DNA from: Chrysomallon squamiferum
Taxonomy: Eukaryota > Animalia > Mollusca
NCBI GenBank assembly: GCA_012295275.1
Contig: CM022678.1
Span: forward strand, 6,510,001 to 6,574,000
DNA length: 64,000 bases
Direction: 5' to 3'
Position 1 is the first letter of the stretch, and each line of letters opens with the position of its first letter. The position numbers were made by a program, and so were the translations under genes. A model generated the notes under the pieces. That model saw only the letters and a program-made list of their open reading frames with translations, made no database searches and was not told the DNA's origin. Positions 1 to 21,527 of this stretch are shown here, piece after piece.

Positions 1-432
1 TTTTTAAAAAGTAGTTCGCTGTTAACCAGACGACCTCCGGGGTTTTTTTGTGGGGGGGGTATGACGTCATCTTTCTGTCAATCTTATCCTTGTCAACTAT
101 TTCCAAAATTAGTATTCTGCTTATTTATTTTAGGATTTAATACAAGGATTATAAATCATAAATCTTTTGCTCGCGATGGAGTAATCTGGTTTAAATTTTT
201 GAAGCCTCTCCCTGTGGCGTTATAATTGACGCTAGGTCACTCCTATTCAGTGAGCGCCATGACGTTTTTTTTCCCCATTCCAATCGGTGCTCACGCCCGG
301 ATTATCTGTCGTCTTTTAGCTACGTTATAATAAAATAAGTATGATAAAATAATATAGCAGTATTAAAAATTATCTGCCGGTTTGCAACGTATTCGTATAT
401 ATGGCGGACTTATTACTGAATTTTTCTCAGAA

Positions 433-660
433 TATAAAATAAAATAAAATAAAATATAAAATTAAATTAAATTAAATTAAACTAAACTAAACTAAACTAA
501 ACTAAACTAAACTAAACTAAACTAAACTAAACTAAACTAAACTAAACTAAACTAAACTAAACTAAACTAAACTAAACTAAACTAAACTAAACTAAATTAA
601 ATTAAATTAAATTAAATTAAATTAAAAATAAATAAAATTAAATATAATATATTAAGTAAA
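433..660. repeat. Compound pentanucleotide microsatellite (AAAAT)(AAATT)(AAACT)n(AAATT)
   Basis: About 23 perfect AAACT units at ~479-594 flanked by AAATT then AAAAT units. Confidence 0.95.
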
Positions 661-1156
661 TAAGTAAATAAATATACATAAAATAATAAATAAACATATC
701 TTATATATTTTAAAGTTAAAAATAGTGAAAAATATTTTCTATTGTTTTAAATAAAATTGAAACACAAAGGAGAATTTATTATACATTAAGCTTTTATTCT
801 GATTACTTGATCTATGAATACATAACAAAAAAAATATAACAAAAAATAAAAGAAAGAATAACAAAATAAAATAGGAACATATTTCAAACAAGACTTCATA
901 AAAATTATATTTTCCTGTTAACAATACCCTATTTCCCAGCTGTTGATTATGAATCACTTACTACAATAGAACAAATTTTAAAATACACTGATATTTCATA
1001 AAACTGAGTAATCATATACTTGGTAATACAATATCTTGTATATTTGTTGACCATCGATTATAAAAGAGTATTTAACAGCAATACAATAATGTTTTCCAAA
1101 CGGTTAATAATTGTAGAAATTCTTTTGTGCAGTACCTTTTCCAACGATACAGTAAA

Positions 1157-1224
<68 letters not shown>

Positions 1225-1544
1225 ACAAAAACAAAAGATATCAGAAATATCTATGGTGTGTAATTCATAAATTTTGAAAAGCAATTAACTGGTAATATAT
1301 TTTTAATCATAACTAGTATAAAACAAATAAAAAGTTAATATTCAAAAGCTAGATATTGCATTAAACTCCCTAGTACAATACCATGTAATTACACTATGCA
1401 CCGATTTCTAAGCACGTGGTGTACGTTTTAATAACAACACACCAATGACTAGACAGAATTCATTTCAGTCTACGAAAGCAACCAATCAAAATTCAAGACA
1501 CGTATATTACGTAATCTGTCTTTTATCGAAATGACGTCATTTCT

Positions 1545-7914
<6,370 letters not shown>

Positions 7915-8259
7915 CGTTGTTTTCGCTCGCGCACACTGGTAAATGACGAGTTTGGTTTGTCACTGAACTGGCGAAGAAGTCCTGTTGTATCGCTGAGCAT
8001 CCAGCCACTAAAGCTGTTGTCATACTTAGCAAATATTTGCTAACAATCCGCGCATGATTGGTCTGTTCCGGACGCCAAACCGAATGATGCTTCGGCTAAG
8101 GAGGCCGTTCGTTTGTCGCTGTTTTTTTTTTGTTTTTTTTAATTTTTTATTATTTTATTAGTTTTAATAAAGAAACTGATTCCATCGTTAAATTAACATA
8201 TAGTAGATTAAACAGTCGTAATTTTTGTTTTAGCACTTATTTTATTTTATTTATTTATA

Positions 8260-8305
<46 letters not shown>

Positions 8306-8802
8306 TTATTAATTTATTATTTTTAATTTCTGATTTCGACTCTTATTAAACAATATCAAAGGCGAAAATGAAGAATTAATTCGTCATAGTTCATACTTTA
8401 TTAAAATCATAACCTATGTGTGTAATTATTATAAAACTTTTTCTTTGAAAATAAGAACATTTTATTTCATTATTTTATTCGTAACATCTAATGTTCTCTA
8501 ATCGTTAATAAAAATGGTGATTATGTGAACGCACCTTTAGCGTTAACAGCAGATTCATTGTCATCGATTACAGACGATTGGCGGGAAAAAAAAATCCATC
8601 CGCGATATTCTCTCGCTCTCGCTCGTTAATATGAAGAATGAGGTCGAAGTTCATTTTATGACTGTGAATACATTTTATTTATTTATTCTATATCTGCACC
8701 ATAATCTTTTGTTTTTAGAGAGTGGTTTAAAGTGAGAGGCTAATTAAAATACGTTTTTACATTTTAAAACATGGGTGAAGGTTGTTGTTGTTGTTGTTGT
8801 TG

Positions 8803-8864
<62 letters not shown>

Positions 8865-9653
8865 TAGAGTAGCAGTATATTTCCGTTGATTTCTTCTCAT
8901 TATTTTCGCTTTCACCATTAGTATTATTAGTTGAAGTTGTACCAATAGTAGTAGTAGTAGTAGTAGTAGTAATGGCAGTAGCACTAGAAGTAGACAACAT
9001 CAGCAACAACAATAATAATGATGATTATGACAGTAACAATAATAATAAAAATAATAATAATGAAAATAAATAAATAAATACTTGTAACTTTACACACAGC
9101 ATGACGTCACAGCTTTTCCCCCACCTGTTTATTAATCTATACTAAGTAAATATTATTTGAAATATCGTCAATAAATTACTCTCTTTCTTTACATTCTACT
9201 TCTCTGAAATACGTCTGACGTCATCGATTGTTACTGAAACTTCCACGTTAACTGTTTCCATAGAAGCAAGATCAATTTCAATTCAGTTTGTCAAAACATC
9301 CGCATAAATATATAAATTAAAGACATGTCTAAGCTAGCGTAGTTTTATTAATCATTTTGTAAATCATTAATTAATTTAAAGTTATTTTAATTTTTAGTAC
9401 TGTGGTAATATTGTGCTAGAGGAGACAAGTTTAAAGAAGATTAATTATATCCTCATGACAGATTGCATGTATTTAATATTACAACTCTTAAAAAAAAATT
9501 AAAAAAAATAAAAATAAATAAAAAATAAAAAAAGAATGATATAATTATAAAAAGATCTATATATTATATTATATTATATTATATATATGTGTGTGTGTGT
9601 ATGTTTATGTGTATATGTATGTATATGTGGGTGTTTATATGTATATATGTATA

Positions 9654-9772
<119 letters not shown>

Positions 9773-10324
9773 ATGTATGTATGTATGTATGTATTTAACA
9801 GCTATTGATTCCAGGTGAATATACTTAATTCTGAAAAACATCCCTATCTCTTGAAGCTGTCTCGATAATTGATTGCGACTTTGCAGTAAAGAGCTTAGTC
9901 GTCACCAGTATACTGACTTTAATGACGTTCTTGATGAGTATCCTTTCATTCTAATCATCTTCTCATTTCAGATCCAGATGAAATGAGTACTTAGTATCTA
10001 GCTCTAATGATCGTTAAATCAGGTGTGTTGACTGACAACAGGTAAAACAGTATTGGTTAACAGATAATTATATACACTTAGTAACATTAAAACGTTGAGA
10101 GGCCTTAACTACAAAGGTTCCTGTCAAGTTTGATTACCGGGTGGGGGTTATCATGGTTAAAGTTTATTTAGACGTGACTGCTGCTGATGATGATAATAGT
10201 AATAATGATGATGGTGATGATTAACATTACTGTAAAGATGGTTTGTATGTCTATAATGTGTATAAAAATATGTGGTTAAATATCTTTTCTCACTAGCAAA
10301 TGATCCGTAGGGACAAGGCTTTGC

Positions 10325-10363
<39 letters not shown>

Positions 10364-12332
10364 TATAATCATCGTCATCATCGTCACCATCATCATACTA
10401 CTACTACTGCTGCTGCTGCTGCTTCTGCTACTACTACTACTACTACTACTACTACTAGTACTACTACGACGACTACTACTACTACTACTACTACTACGAC
10501 TACTACTACTAATACTACTACTACTAATAATACTACTACTACTACTAATAATAATAAATAAATAAATAAATAAATATGTTTGAATGTATTATAGGGTGAT
10601 CTAGTCGGAATTTTGCTAACTCCGATATTGTAACAATAGTATGACGTCATCGCAATTAAATCAAACAGAGGGGTTTAAATCAAATTATATAACAATAGTA
10701 TGAATTCATCACAACAATTAAATCAACAGATGGGATTAAAATCAAATCATATTTCATTAAAAAAATAAGGTGAGAATGTTTATGCTGTTACATTTGATTT
10801 GTTAAATGATGTTTTTCTTCTTTTCAAAATATCATATGCTGTTATTAATTTTATCTGAAAACGTAAATCATAAATTTTATATCATGTCCGTCCATTTTAA
10901 CAGTATTGGTTTTTTTCCTTCTTTTTAAATAATAAATAAATAAATAAAAAATAAAAATAACGTAAAATAATGATGATAATGATAAATAAAAGTTAAAAGT
11001 GAAATAAACAAACAAAATAACAAAGATGTGTTCATTTTTTTTTTTTTTTTTCTTGGTCAGTGCACCATTTTGGTTGCTAGTTGCCATGACAATCTGGATA
11101 CAAAGTTACGATTGTCTTAAACTATACAAACACAGACAGAAATGATTAAATAGTTAGAACTATCTCTTCTACGGCTTACACAAAGGGTGGGCCTCGGGGA
11201 AAATTATTACAAATTAGTTAATATAAATTTCTAGCATTGTGCAGAACATTAATATTTAACAAATGTTCTGCCTTTTATTTATTATTATTTTTTATTTATT
11301 TTTCCTTCTTTTTTTTTCACAATCTCTTTCAAAATATTTTTTAAATGAGTGCATATTTCTCCTTTATTATTATTATTTTTTTAACGTATTAGCAACATTT
11401 TCTATTTATTCATAATGTAATGAAGTTTAATTTCGTTTCTTTTTTTTCCCCCAGTTTTGAATCTATGATACCCTGAATTTAAGGAAAGCTGCCCACACAT
11501 TATGTACATAGACACATGAATGTAAGTACATTCAAAAATGATTTTTAATATGAAAATGAAGCATGAAAACATAAATAATACATTTTTTTAAATTATTATT
11601 ATTATGCTTAAAATATTTTTCATTTAATGATTATTAAAAACAAATTTATTATTTTCCTTATTTATTTATTATTATTATTATTTTATTATTTTTTTAAATT
11701 AAAGGATATTTTGTTTTTATTGTTTAGGTTTTCTATTTCTTTTCTGTTTTATTTATTTTTTATCGTTAAACTGAGTATTTTTTTAAAACATATTTCAGTA
11801 TTTAATTTGATGGTATTTCATTTGTTCTAAGTATTATAAAGAACAAAGATCTTGATCCAGAAATGTTCCGTGATATAAATAAATTAATAATGATTTAAAA
11901 ATAATTTTGTTCGAGTTGTAAAAAAAATTATAAAAGTAATATAAAGAAACGATATATTATAAAAATATTACTTTAATAATTAACAAATTATCAGTTAAAT
12001 TGGAAAAAATACTTCATTTTTCTTGAAAATATTTTTTTTTTTGTGAAAATATATTTTTTCATTTTTCTTATTCCAGTTATAATGATTACCATTATTACAA
12101 ACATATATATATATAAAAATAAATTTAAAGTGTATAATAAATCTGTTACATGCTTCGTGCCATTATATAAATTAGTTTGAAATAAAAAAAAAAAACTTCA
12201 GAAAGTTACGAATAAACATTAAACACATTATCAACGTCACCGCTTCAGAGTTCTTTCCCTTGAATCTTCACTCTCCTCCGTTTTTGATGTTTATTATTAT
12301 CTTTTATTTTTATTTTTTCATTTGTTTAATGT

Positions 12333-12817
12333 TTAGATATCTTCCATCATTGCTGTGTTTCCTTTTGATTCTTTCCAGTGAGGTGGCCAAGTGGACTGAA
12401 CGCTTGGGCGCGTCACGATCCTGTTGTAGTAAGCATCTATTGCAGGCCATTTCTCCATCCTCAAACCCATGCGCTTGGAGATCGCCATGTATGGGAAGAA
12501 AACACAGTCGGCCATGGAGAATGAACTGCCAGCAATGTACGGTCCACCCTGTTTGAAATTTAAATCATTATAAAAGTTGTTTTGCTGTTAAATAAGGCAC
12601 TGTAAGCAGTGATCATTTATTCAAAAGTAAAATAAATAAATAAATAAATAAATAAATACTACTACTACTACTTAATAATATTATTAAGAATAATAAAAAA
12701 ATATATATGTATGTGTGTGTGTATGTATGTATGTATATAAAACCCTGTTGAAATTTAAATCATTATAAAGTTATTTTGCTGATAAGTGACCTACAGTAAG
12801 CAAGCATCATAAATAAA

Positions 12818-12848
<31 letters not shown>

Positions 12849-13749
12849 TAATATATGTATGTATGTATGTATGTATGTACATAAACCCTGTTGAAATTTA
12901 AATAATGTATAGATTATTATGCTGTTATTTTGCTGTTAAATAAACTAAAGTAAGCAATAATCATTATTAAAACATAAAATTATATATATATATATATATG
13001 AATGTATGGTTTTGTTAAATAATGAATAAGAAACGTATAATAATAATTCATAATATGTGTCATTAATATTAATAATGATTAATGAGCAATATATAATTAT
13101 GATAATTCATAACATAATTTATGTGTTATTAAAATAAATTTACATTTATTAAAATCAAGCAATGCATTTGTCTTCCGATAGAACTAAGCAAAATGTGGAT
13201 AACCATTTCAAAAAGAAACTATAATTAATAAAACTGACACAAAATTAAATCTAAAAATTCCATTTTGAAAGTTTAAAATGACTGATGTTTACCTTTTCAA
13301 GCTTGTTGTCCCAGACACCAAGTTCAGTTCTGCAAGTTTGGTATCTTTCCTGGAGGACACTCTACAAGAAAAAAATAACAAGTAAGTAAATAAATACAAG
13401 AATGAATGAATAATGCAAACAAATGATCTAAATACAAACATACTATATACATAAATGCATGCATACATACATGCATACATAAAATAGAACAAATATAAAT
13501 ATAATTAAATAATAAAATAAAATAAAATAAAATAAATAAAAATAAAATAAATGTATTAGTACTAATACTATTAGGCAAACTAAAAGAATAAAAAGTAAAT
13601 AAAATGATACAATAACAAAAATATAAATCTAAACAAATTAATCTAAGTAATTAAATTTTTTTATTAATAATAAATAAATACATAAATAAATCCTTTAAAA
13701 CAAATGGAAATTATTAACAACAACATATTTGTTTTTTTTAAATTACTCA

Positions 13750-13819
<70 letters not shown>

Positions 13820-15048
13820 CACTGTAAATATTTTGTTCATTTGTGTGTAGGTAAATTATTAAAATAAAACACAGACCTTGTCAATTTTCTCTTTTGGTGT
13901 GAACATCTTGTAGTGGATAACTCCATCCACTAAAGCTGAGTGCAGATTTGACAGCTAAAAAAAACAATGGCAATATAAATAAATAAACATACAGCAAACA
14001 AACAAACAAACAAACAAACAAACAAATAAATAAATAAATAAATAAATAATAAAAAGTTTTAATAACAATATTAATTTGTTTTAAAATAACAATAAATAAA
14101 AAAAACCCAAGATTACAATGATTTTGCTTTTAAAAAAAAATAATTAAAACAATTTTTGTTTAAAAAAAAAAAAGGACAAAAAAGTATTCAGCACGTTTAT
14201 AGTAATACTAATAATACTATCAACTCAGATACACACATACAGACACAGACATATATTCAGCAATTTTGTCCTCATTTTTTTCTTCTAAATATATATTTAT
14301 TTCTACAATAACATACATCTAGATATTTTCATGTCATAAATTTCTACTGAGACTTGGTCTGTTTTGAACTGTTCAGATCATGAAAGTTGGAATTATTTTA
14401 AACTTTTTATTTTCTCTCTTAACAACAAAAGTCAACACTGTGCTTCAGTGTGAATTTAATTAATTCTATAGATATAAAATTACTAAAATAATAATATTTC
14501 TCCACTCACTTCATGAAATGTCTGGTAGACTTTAGCTCTTCCTTCTTTGTCATCTGGGAGCAGTTTTGTTCCATTCTTTGGGTAGGTTGTCTTAAAAATA
14601 GATAATTTAATAATTATAATAAATATAATGCAATTATGTCTAGGGATATTCATTTAATAATAAACTTAGAGATAGATATAACAGTCAGAAATTAAAATTA
14701 AATTATATATGTTTTTTATTATTATTTTTTATGATATAATTTATATTCAAATTATAAAACTAAAATTAAAATTAATATATTAATAAATAAAAAGTCATTT
14801 TCTAAACAAAAAAATATAAATTTAATTACAAGTTACTGCAGCAGGAATTTAAACAGGTACACCTTAACAATTATAAGCATTCATCATTGGGTTTCCCCAG
14901 TGCTAAAAATAGATACTCACCTCCAAGTATTCAATGATGGCATGTGATTCATTGACAACGATGTTGCCATCCCTGAAGGTTGGAACCTGAAAAATAATGT
15001 TTAATTATTACTTCTAAAATTTCCATGAAATTTTTGAAACAACAGAAT

Positions 15049-15120
<72 letters not shown>

Positions 15121-15656
15121 CCAAATATAAACGAAAGACAAAAATTCAAACTTCGAATAAAAAGAAGATAAAAAAAAAAAAAAAAAAAAAGTGTACATAC
15201 TTGATCAATCCACTGTTTTAAATTATGCTTCAGCTGCTTTCAATATTTTTATTTAATTTTATTATTATGATTATTTATTTTACTACTAAGCATTTAGAAA
15301 AAAAAAAAAGAAATAATAATAATAAAGAAATCGTATAAAATGCCACGGGTCGTGTTTGGTTTCTACAAATGCAGCCACATTTTTCTTCTCGAGTCTAAAC
15401 AGTGGATTTTTTAAGGGGAAAAAAAAAAATAATCAAGGGAGGTAAATCCGGCAATTCTAGTACCAGTGACAGCTTAATTCAGGCCCTGGCTACAACACTC
15501 GTGATAAAAATGTCGCTAATTTTGCAAGCTAAAAATGACCTCTGCAATTTCATTTGACTTGGCATTAGCTGGTTTGGAATAAATGGTAAAATGCACAGGA
15601 AAGCTATTTTATTATTCGAGTAATTTTAAATAACTTTTTAAGAAGTACATGTATTT

Positions 15657-15688
<32 letters not shown>

Positions 15689-16621
15689 ATTTTTTAATTA
15701 CGACTCGATACATCTTGTAAAGTATAATTATAATACTGAATTAACTGGGTCCTTTTGATATGCAAACTCTTACTTTGATTAACAGTTTTATCTGCTGAAT
15801 CGAAAAACGTGAATAGTTCAAACTACGACTACAAGGCTGTTCACGTATTCGTCTTACGCGAAACCGAATACGTTTTGACAACAACGATAAAATGTCAGGA
15901 GATAATACTTTAAAGTAAAATAATAAATTAAAACAATTTTTTTGAAGTTTGAATCAAAAATAGAATAAAATAAAAAGTAATCTCACGATTAGAGATACAT
16001 CATTTATTTTGGGGTTTTCTAGATAAAGCAATCTGAATGATTAATTAATGATAACAGCTGTTGAATCAATGAACAAATAACAAGAACTTAAATATTTTAT
16101 CTTAACGTCTTAATTAAGGTGTACGTGTTGAAGACAACGTTGTCGTCGATAAAGAATATATTAATTTACAAAGGTTGTAGAGCAGTCGTGTTGTTAATGT
16201 CCACTACGACTGAAAATAGGCCAAAACATCGATATCTCACAGATTTCATCAGATTATTTTTCCCACTCACTCAGATGAAATATGATGCAATTTAAAAAAA
16301 AAGAATGAGAAAAACATCGATACATTCTTTACATCGTTTCTGTTCAGTTTAATCTACATCACTATCACAAAATAAATAAAAAAAATTACCGTAGCGACAA
16401 GCAACGAAGCACGTCGCACGAACTTGACCAACCGAACTATAAATACTGACCTGACCTCGTGGATTCAAGGCCATAACTTCCTCACTTTTGTGTTCTTTTT
16501 TCTGCATGGAGCACAGTTTGTTTTTGTAGCCGGTGAATCCTTTTTCCACCAGTGCTATCATTGCCTTCCAGCAAGGGATGCTGCCTGAACCCCAGTACAA
16601 AAACATATTTTCTCCAGACAT
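12333..16621 (-). CDS. gstr: Glutathione S-transferase, rho class, paralog 2; 6 exons, 226 aa, intact
   Basis: Exons 16451-16621, 14921-14986 (VPTFRDGNIVVNESHAIIEYLE), 14510-14590, 13877-13954, 13293-13361, 12333-12548 (...TWPPHWKESKGNTAMMEDI*). Exons 1-5 have the same lengths as in paralog 1 (171/66/81/78/69 nt); all introns phase 0 GT-AG. Confidence 0.95.
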
Positions 16622-16716
16622 GATGCTTTTGTTTCGAAACGTCACAACACTTCGTCGTCTGTTCACTGAATTAGTTCGTCTGCTGAGAACGTGCCTTTTA
16701 CCGTTCAAGCTGTTTT

Positions 16717-16788
16717 GACTGGCTCGCCGGTTAGTTTCACCCTTTTATATCGTTTGCTCGAAGCCTTGAAATATTTGTGCAGCGTCAT
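16717..16788 (-). promoter_or_regulatory. Core promoter of GST paralog 2: ARE + TATA box + initiator-like element
   Basis: Minus strand reads ATGACGCTGCA (16778-16788; RTGACnnnGCA antioxidant response element), TATAAAAGG (16741-16749) and CCAGTC (16717-16722) about 29 nt downstream of the TATA, ~100 nt before the ATG. Confidence 0.6.
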
Positions 16789-17370
16789 AGCGGGTCTTTG
16801 TCCCGTGTAAACTAGAGAAGTTCTATTCTTAGCCCACGGTCGTATCTAGTCATGATTTTGAGGGCAGGGGTGAATAATGAGTAAACAAAATGAAGCATAA
16901 CAACAATAAACAAATAGCGGGAGAGGGGATGGGAATAGGGTAGTAATAAAAAAAAGAAGAAAAGAAACGAGCGAACAAGTTAAAAATGAAACAATGCATT
17001 TTGATTAATATTGTTGTCATATTCATCATTATTACTACTACTTAACAACTGAAAGTTATATTTTTCTACATATGTAAAATTATGCCATTTGCGGTTTTTT
17101 CGTTTCGTGTTGGTAATTATTCTAAAAACTATAGCTAAATCTTCCAGTTACATTAAACATGGAAAAGAAACCCACGCACTTTAAACTTGTTTGTGTGCTG
17201 TTTTCCTGTTTATGAACATTTTCTTAATTTAAATGATTATTTAATAAATAATATAATTATGGTATTGTCGAGTACTGTGGGTGGCGATGAAAAAAAATGA
17301 AAGAAAGAAAGAAAAGAAAAGCCAGAATTCGTTTTTTAAAATTAGTGCTAAAATGTTGTTAGAAAAAATC

Positions 17371-17413
<43 letters not shown>

Positions 17414-18156
17414 AAACAAAAACAAAACCCAACAAAGTTAAAAAAAACAAACGCCCGAAATGAAGCATATACATGTGTTCACATACAAACAACAAATATT
17501 TACATACACTATCATAACATATAAGAAAATTAGTAAAATGACTGATAGTTTTGTTCTCTTTATGATTTTGTGATTGTAATTTAAAAACAACAACAACACA
17601 AAAAGAAGAAAAAAGGAACAACAAAACAAAAAAAGACATAAATAAAATAAAATAAATCCTAATTCACACACACACAAAACCCGTAAAAATAGACCGGTTC
17701 AAGGTGGAAAACTTTTTAACATGTCTTCCACGTCGAAACCAGAGTTTCAGTTAGGAGATCTCTAATTTACTAACCTAATAAATATTTCAGTGATAAAAGA
17801 AAATGGCTTTTAAACGTCTTCGATATATACACACGTGAGTGTGAATGTGTGTGTCTGTATGCTACATTAAAAGCTTGCATAATGGACCAAAAAGGACAGC
17901 TTAAATACACCTGAATATTTCAAACTGGAGCAACCGACAAACACACTCAGCAATTTTATTGTTGTTATTAACAGATGTTTTTTTTTTTTTATATAGTAAT
18001 GGCATAGTTGTTAGACGTAACTGAATGTATTTCAGTTTGAATTCTAGCGCTCTCGTCATAATTATATCATGGATTTTATACCTAATTTCCACTCATGGAA
18101 CTGAATGTAGTCAAAGTGACATGTACTGGAATATGAAACAAAATGTATAACAACAA

Positions 18157-18200
<44 letters not shown>

Positions 18201-18201
18201 G

Positions 18202-18235
<34 letters not shown>

Positions 18236-19947
18236 ATAATAATAATAATAATAATAATAAAATGTGAAATCATATATGAACCTACGCAAAACAGGCAGCC
18301 CCTAGAACCCTACCCTAGCTACACTTTTTTTTCTTCTACGTTTCACTATATTCAACAAAAAAGTTCCACATATTTCATCATAATGCTATTATTTATTATT
18401 TTATTCTTTTGAATTCTTTTCAAATGACTTAATGCAGAATCGATTTTTTTTTCTCTTTCCCATAGTTACAAATACAGCACGATTTCATAGTCACACTGAC
18501 GTAGCAGTATTTTTCATAGCCGAATATTATCCACGTTTACATAGTCTTTGTTCGTGAAATATGCATAGTCATCACTTGTCGACACAACGATGGAGGGATT
18601 TCGCGCACAGAAGAAAAAAAAAAAAAATGGATGGCGTACGTGACGATCGTAGCGTAGTAACATTGACCTTGATATTTAATAGTTTTTCATAGTTGTAATC
18701 AGCCCAATCACAGCTAAATTAGAAGACAGAACAAATGTTCGAAAACCAGGTTAATATAATGTGAATTGTCTTGTAATTGGGGGGGGGATACAATAAATAA
18801 ATAAATAGAAAAAATAATAATAAAAATAAACAACAACAACAACAATAATAGTAAATAATTACAATTTTGGAACAATAAAATGAAATACTTGAATCTGAGT
18901 AAGTTCAAAAATTATTCAAATGATCGTTTTATCAATGGCTAGTTGCTGTTCGCACGCACACACACACACACACACACATCCGCACACACATATACACTGA
19001 CCTCCCCCAGACACACACATACACACATATTTATGTTGCATAATTGTAATATATCGATACATTTTTTTTTATTACCGTGTGCATATATTTTTTTTATTAG
19101 TCATTTTGTCAGTTTTAGTATATATTACATTTAAATAAGCAAAATATCTCTTAATTTCATCGTATTTATTTATTTCATATATGTTTTCCATTTTGTGACA
19201 GATGTATAACAAAAAAGAAAACAAAAAACAAAAAAAAACATGTTACAGCTGTAGAAAAATGTGACGATATTATATATGAGAGAAAAGAAACCAAAAAGTG
19301 AAAAAACAAAGACCTATACAAATTATTTTGCAACAAAACTCTTTACTGTATTAGGGTATATTCGTATCTGCGTATATCTTTGTGTATTTGCATGACCTAA
19401 CTGCACCGCAAAGTTCATTTCTGATGTAACACGGGCACGTTTAGAAAAACCTATTTCATAGTCTCTGTTACTGACATAAACTCGACCAGCGTTAGCAGTC
19501 TCGTGCAAAACGGCGCCAATCAATGATCTACTTGGATTTGGTAAAAAATAGTTCGCACAGTCGTCTTCAGTCGAGTCACGTATATCACGTTTTAACAAAA
19601 AGGACCATTAAAAAAAAAAAAAAAAAATACAGAAAAATACAGCTGTTCGTCTATATGTTTGGCTAAATTTTTACCGTATTTATTTGCATGTAACGATGTT
19701 TACATTATTATGCATGAACTAAATAATAATAATAATTATAAATATATATATATTTTCAAGAAAAACAAATAAATAAATAAATAAATATTTACATCACATT
19801 TGGCGAAATCGTAAGTACTGATAAACTACATAAATGATGAACTGTCATTAATCTTTGCTATTGACGTGACGTCATTCTTTTGTTACGTCAATCGGAGCGT
19901 TACTAGCCACTCCGTCCAACAATGGATCCAAATCAAGATGAGTATTT

Positions 19948-19978
<31 letters not shown>

Positions 19979-20144
19979 TTAAATATTTAAATGACATTTA
20001 GTCGGTTTAAGTGCCATCAGATTCGAGACTCCGGGTATGAGATTTAAACACAACAAGAAACAAATACAAAATATAAAAATCTTTGTCAAATTTATAATTC
20101 CTTATTCGAAATTCCGATTTTTTTTTTTTTTTTTTTTTTTTCAG

Positions 20145-20181
<37 letters not shown>

Positions 20182-21286
20182 TGCAAGAAATATGTTTTAA
20201 AAATAAAGGAATGTTGCATGAAAAATACTATAAACAAACACACACACACACAATAAAGATAAATATAAGATAATAAGAAAATTTAAAAAGAAAAAAACAT
20301 TTGTTGACGGCAAAAGACAGAGAGAGGACAACAGCATATATATTATAAAAATGTATACACCATAATTACAGAACTGTTTCACGAGTATAAGCATCAAACT
20401 CTATGAATGCATGTGTGTGTGTGTGTGTGTGTGTGTATTTGTGTACATGCCCTTTATGCTCTTATGTGAGATTTATAATTCTTCAGGGAACATTTTCTTT
20501 ATACATATATATCTTGTGAAATGCTACGTCATTATTTCTTTGCTCTATCTGACAGTTACAGTTTTGCGATAGCTGCGGAAATAGGTCACATACACACTAA
20601 AGGTCAATATTATTAGACGAAAACTGCATATTCACTTCCAGGGTCGGTGAGATGAACTTAAATGGTGGAGAGGGGTGGAGCTGGGGTTTGCGGTATGATT
20701 ATGAGAACAAAATAAATACAAATCAATTAGATTAAAACAGATATAAAACGCTGGACAGTTAGGAATTCACCGGAAGGTTAAAATAATTTGTGCAGGAGAA
20801 CGAGATTGCCGGACACCATAAATTTACGATGACGTGAAAGTTCACATCGAGGCCAGTTAAAAACGCTGAGATAAAACAAAAAAATGGGGCAAGGATGGTT
20901 ACTGGGTATATACATGAATTAAAAATATGTGTTCACAGATGAGGATCGATGTTCGGAAAGCTATGCTGTAAGGAAGCTTAGAATGACGGTGGTAAAACTG
21001 CACCAAGAAAGAAAAAAAAAAAAATGCAAATTCATTGAGTTCGTTTCTAAGATATAGGCCTAAGTATATGAACGGGGGCTGGGGTGGGGGGATGAATCGA
21101 TATGACTCTGGGACCGTAACTGAGAAAAATGCAAATTCATAATTACAAAACCAAATGAACTGGATGAAAAATGCCAATTCATTCCCAGGGCGGTTCAAGA
21201 TAAAAAAAAAAATAAATTAAACAAAAAAAGAAAGAAGAAAAAAAGAACCAAGAGACTAAAAGGAATGATGTAATAATGATACCGTA

Positions 21287-21340
<54 letters not shown>

Positions 21341-21472
21341 ACAAATTTACTCGAAGGCTTATGTCAAACATGATTTCCGTTAAAGATAATTTTTATTTAT
21401 TTCATGCAGTACTTCAATCAACACGTGAATACATCAGTGCCATTAAACGTATGTTTGTGTGCGTGCGTGCGT

Positions 21473-21527
<55 letters not shown>

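Noticed and set aside
19323-19598. 91-aa non-repetitive ORF in CpG-rich intergenic DNA
   Set aside because: Non-ATG start, no recognisable domain or partner exons.
21020-21185. Three aaaatgc(a/c)aattcat octamer-like motifs
   Set aside because: Probably a small local duplication in AT-rich DNA; no associated snRNA gene or TSS evident.
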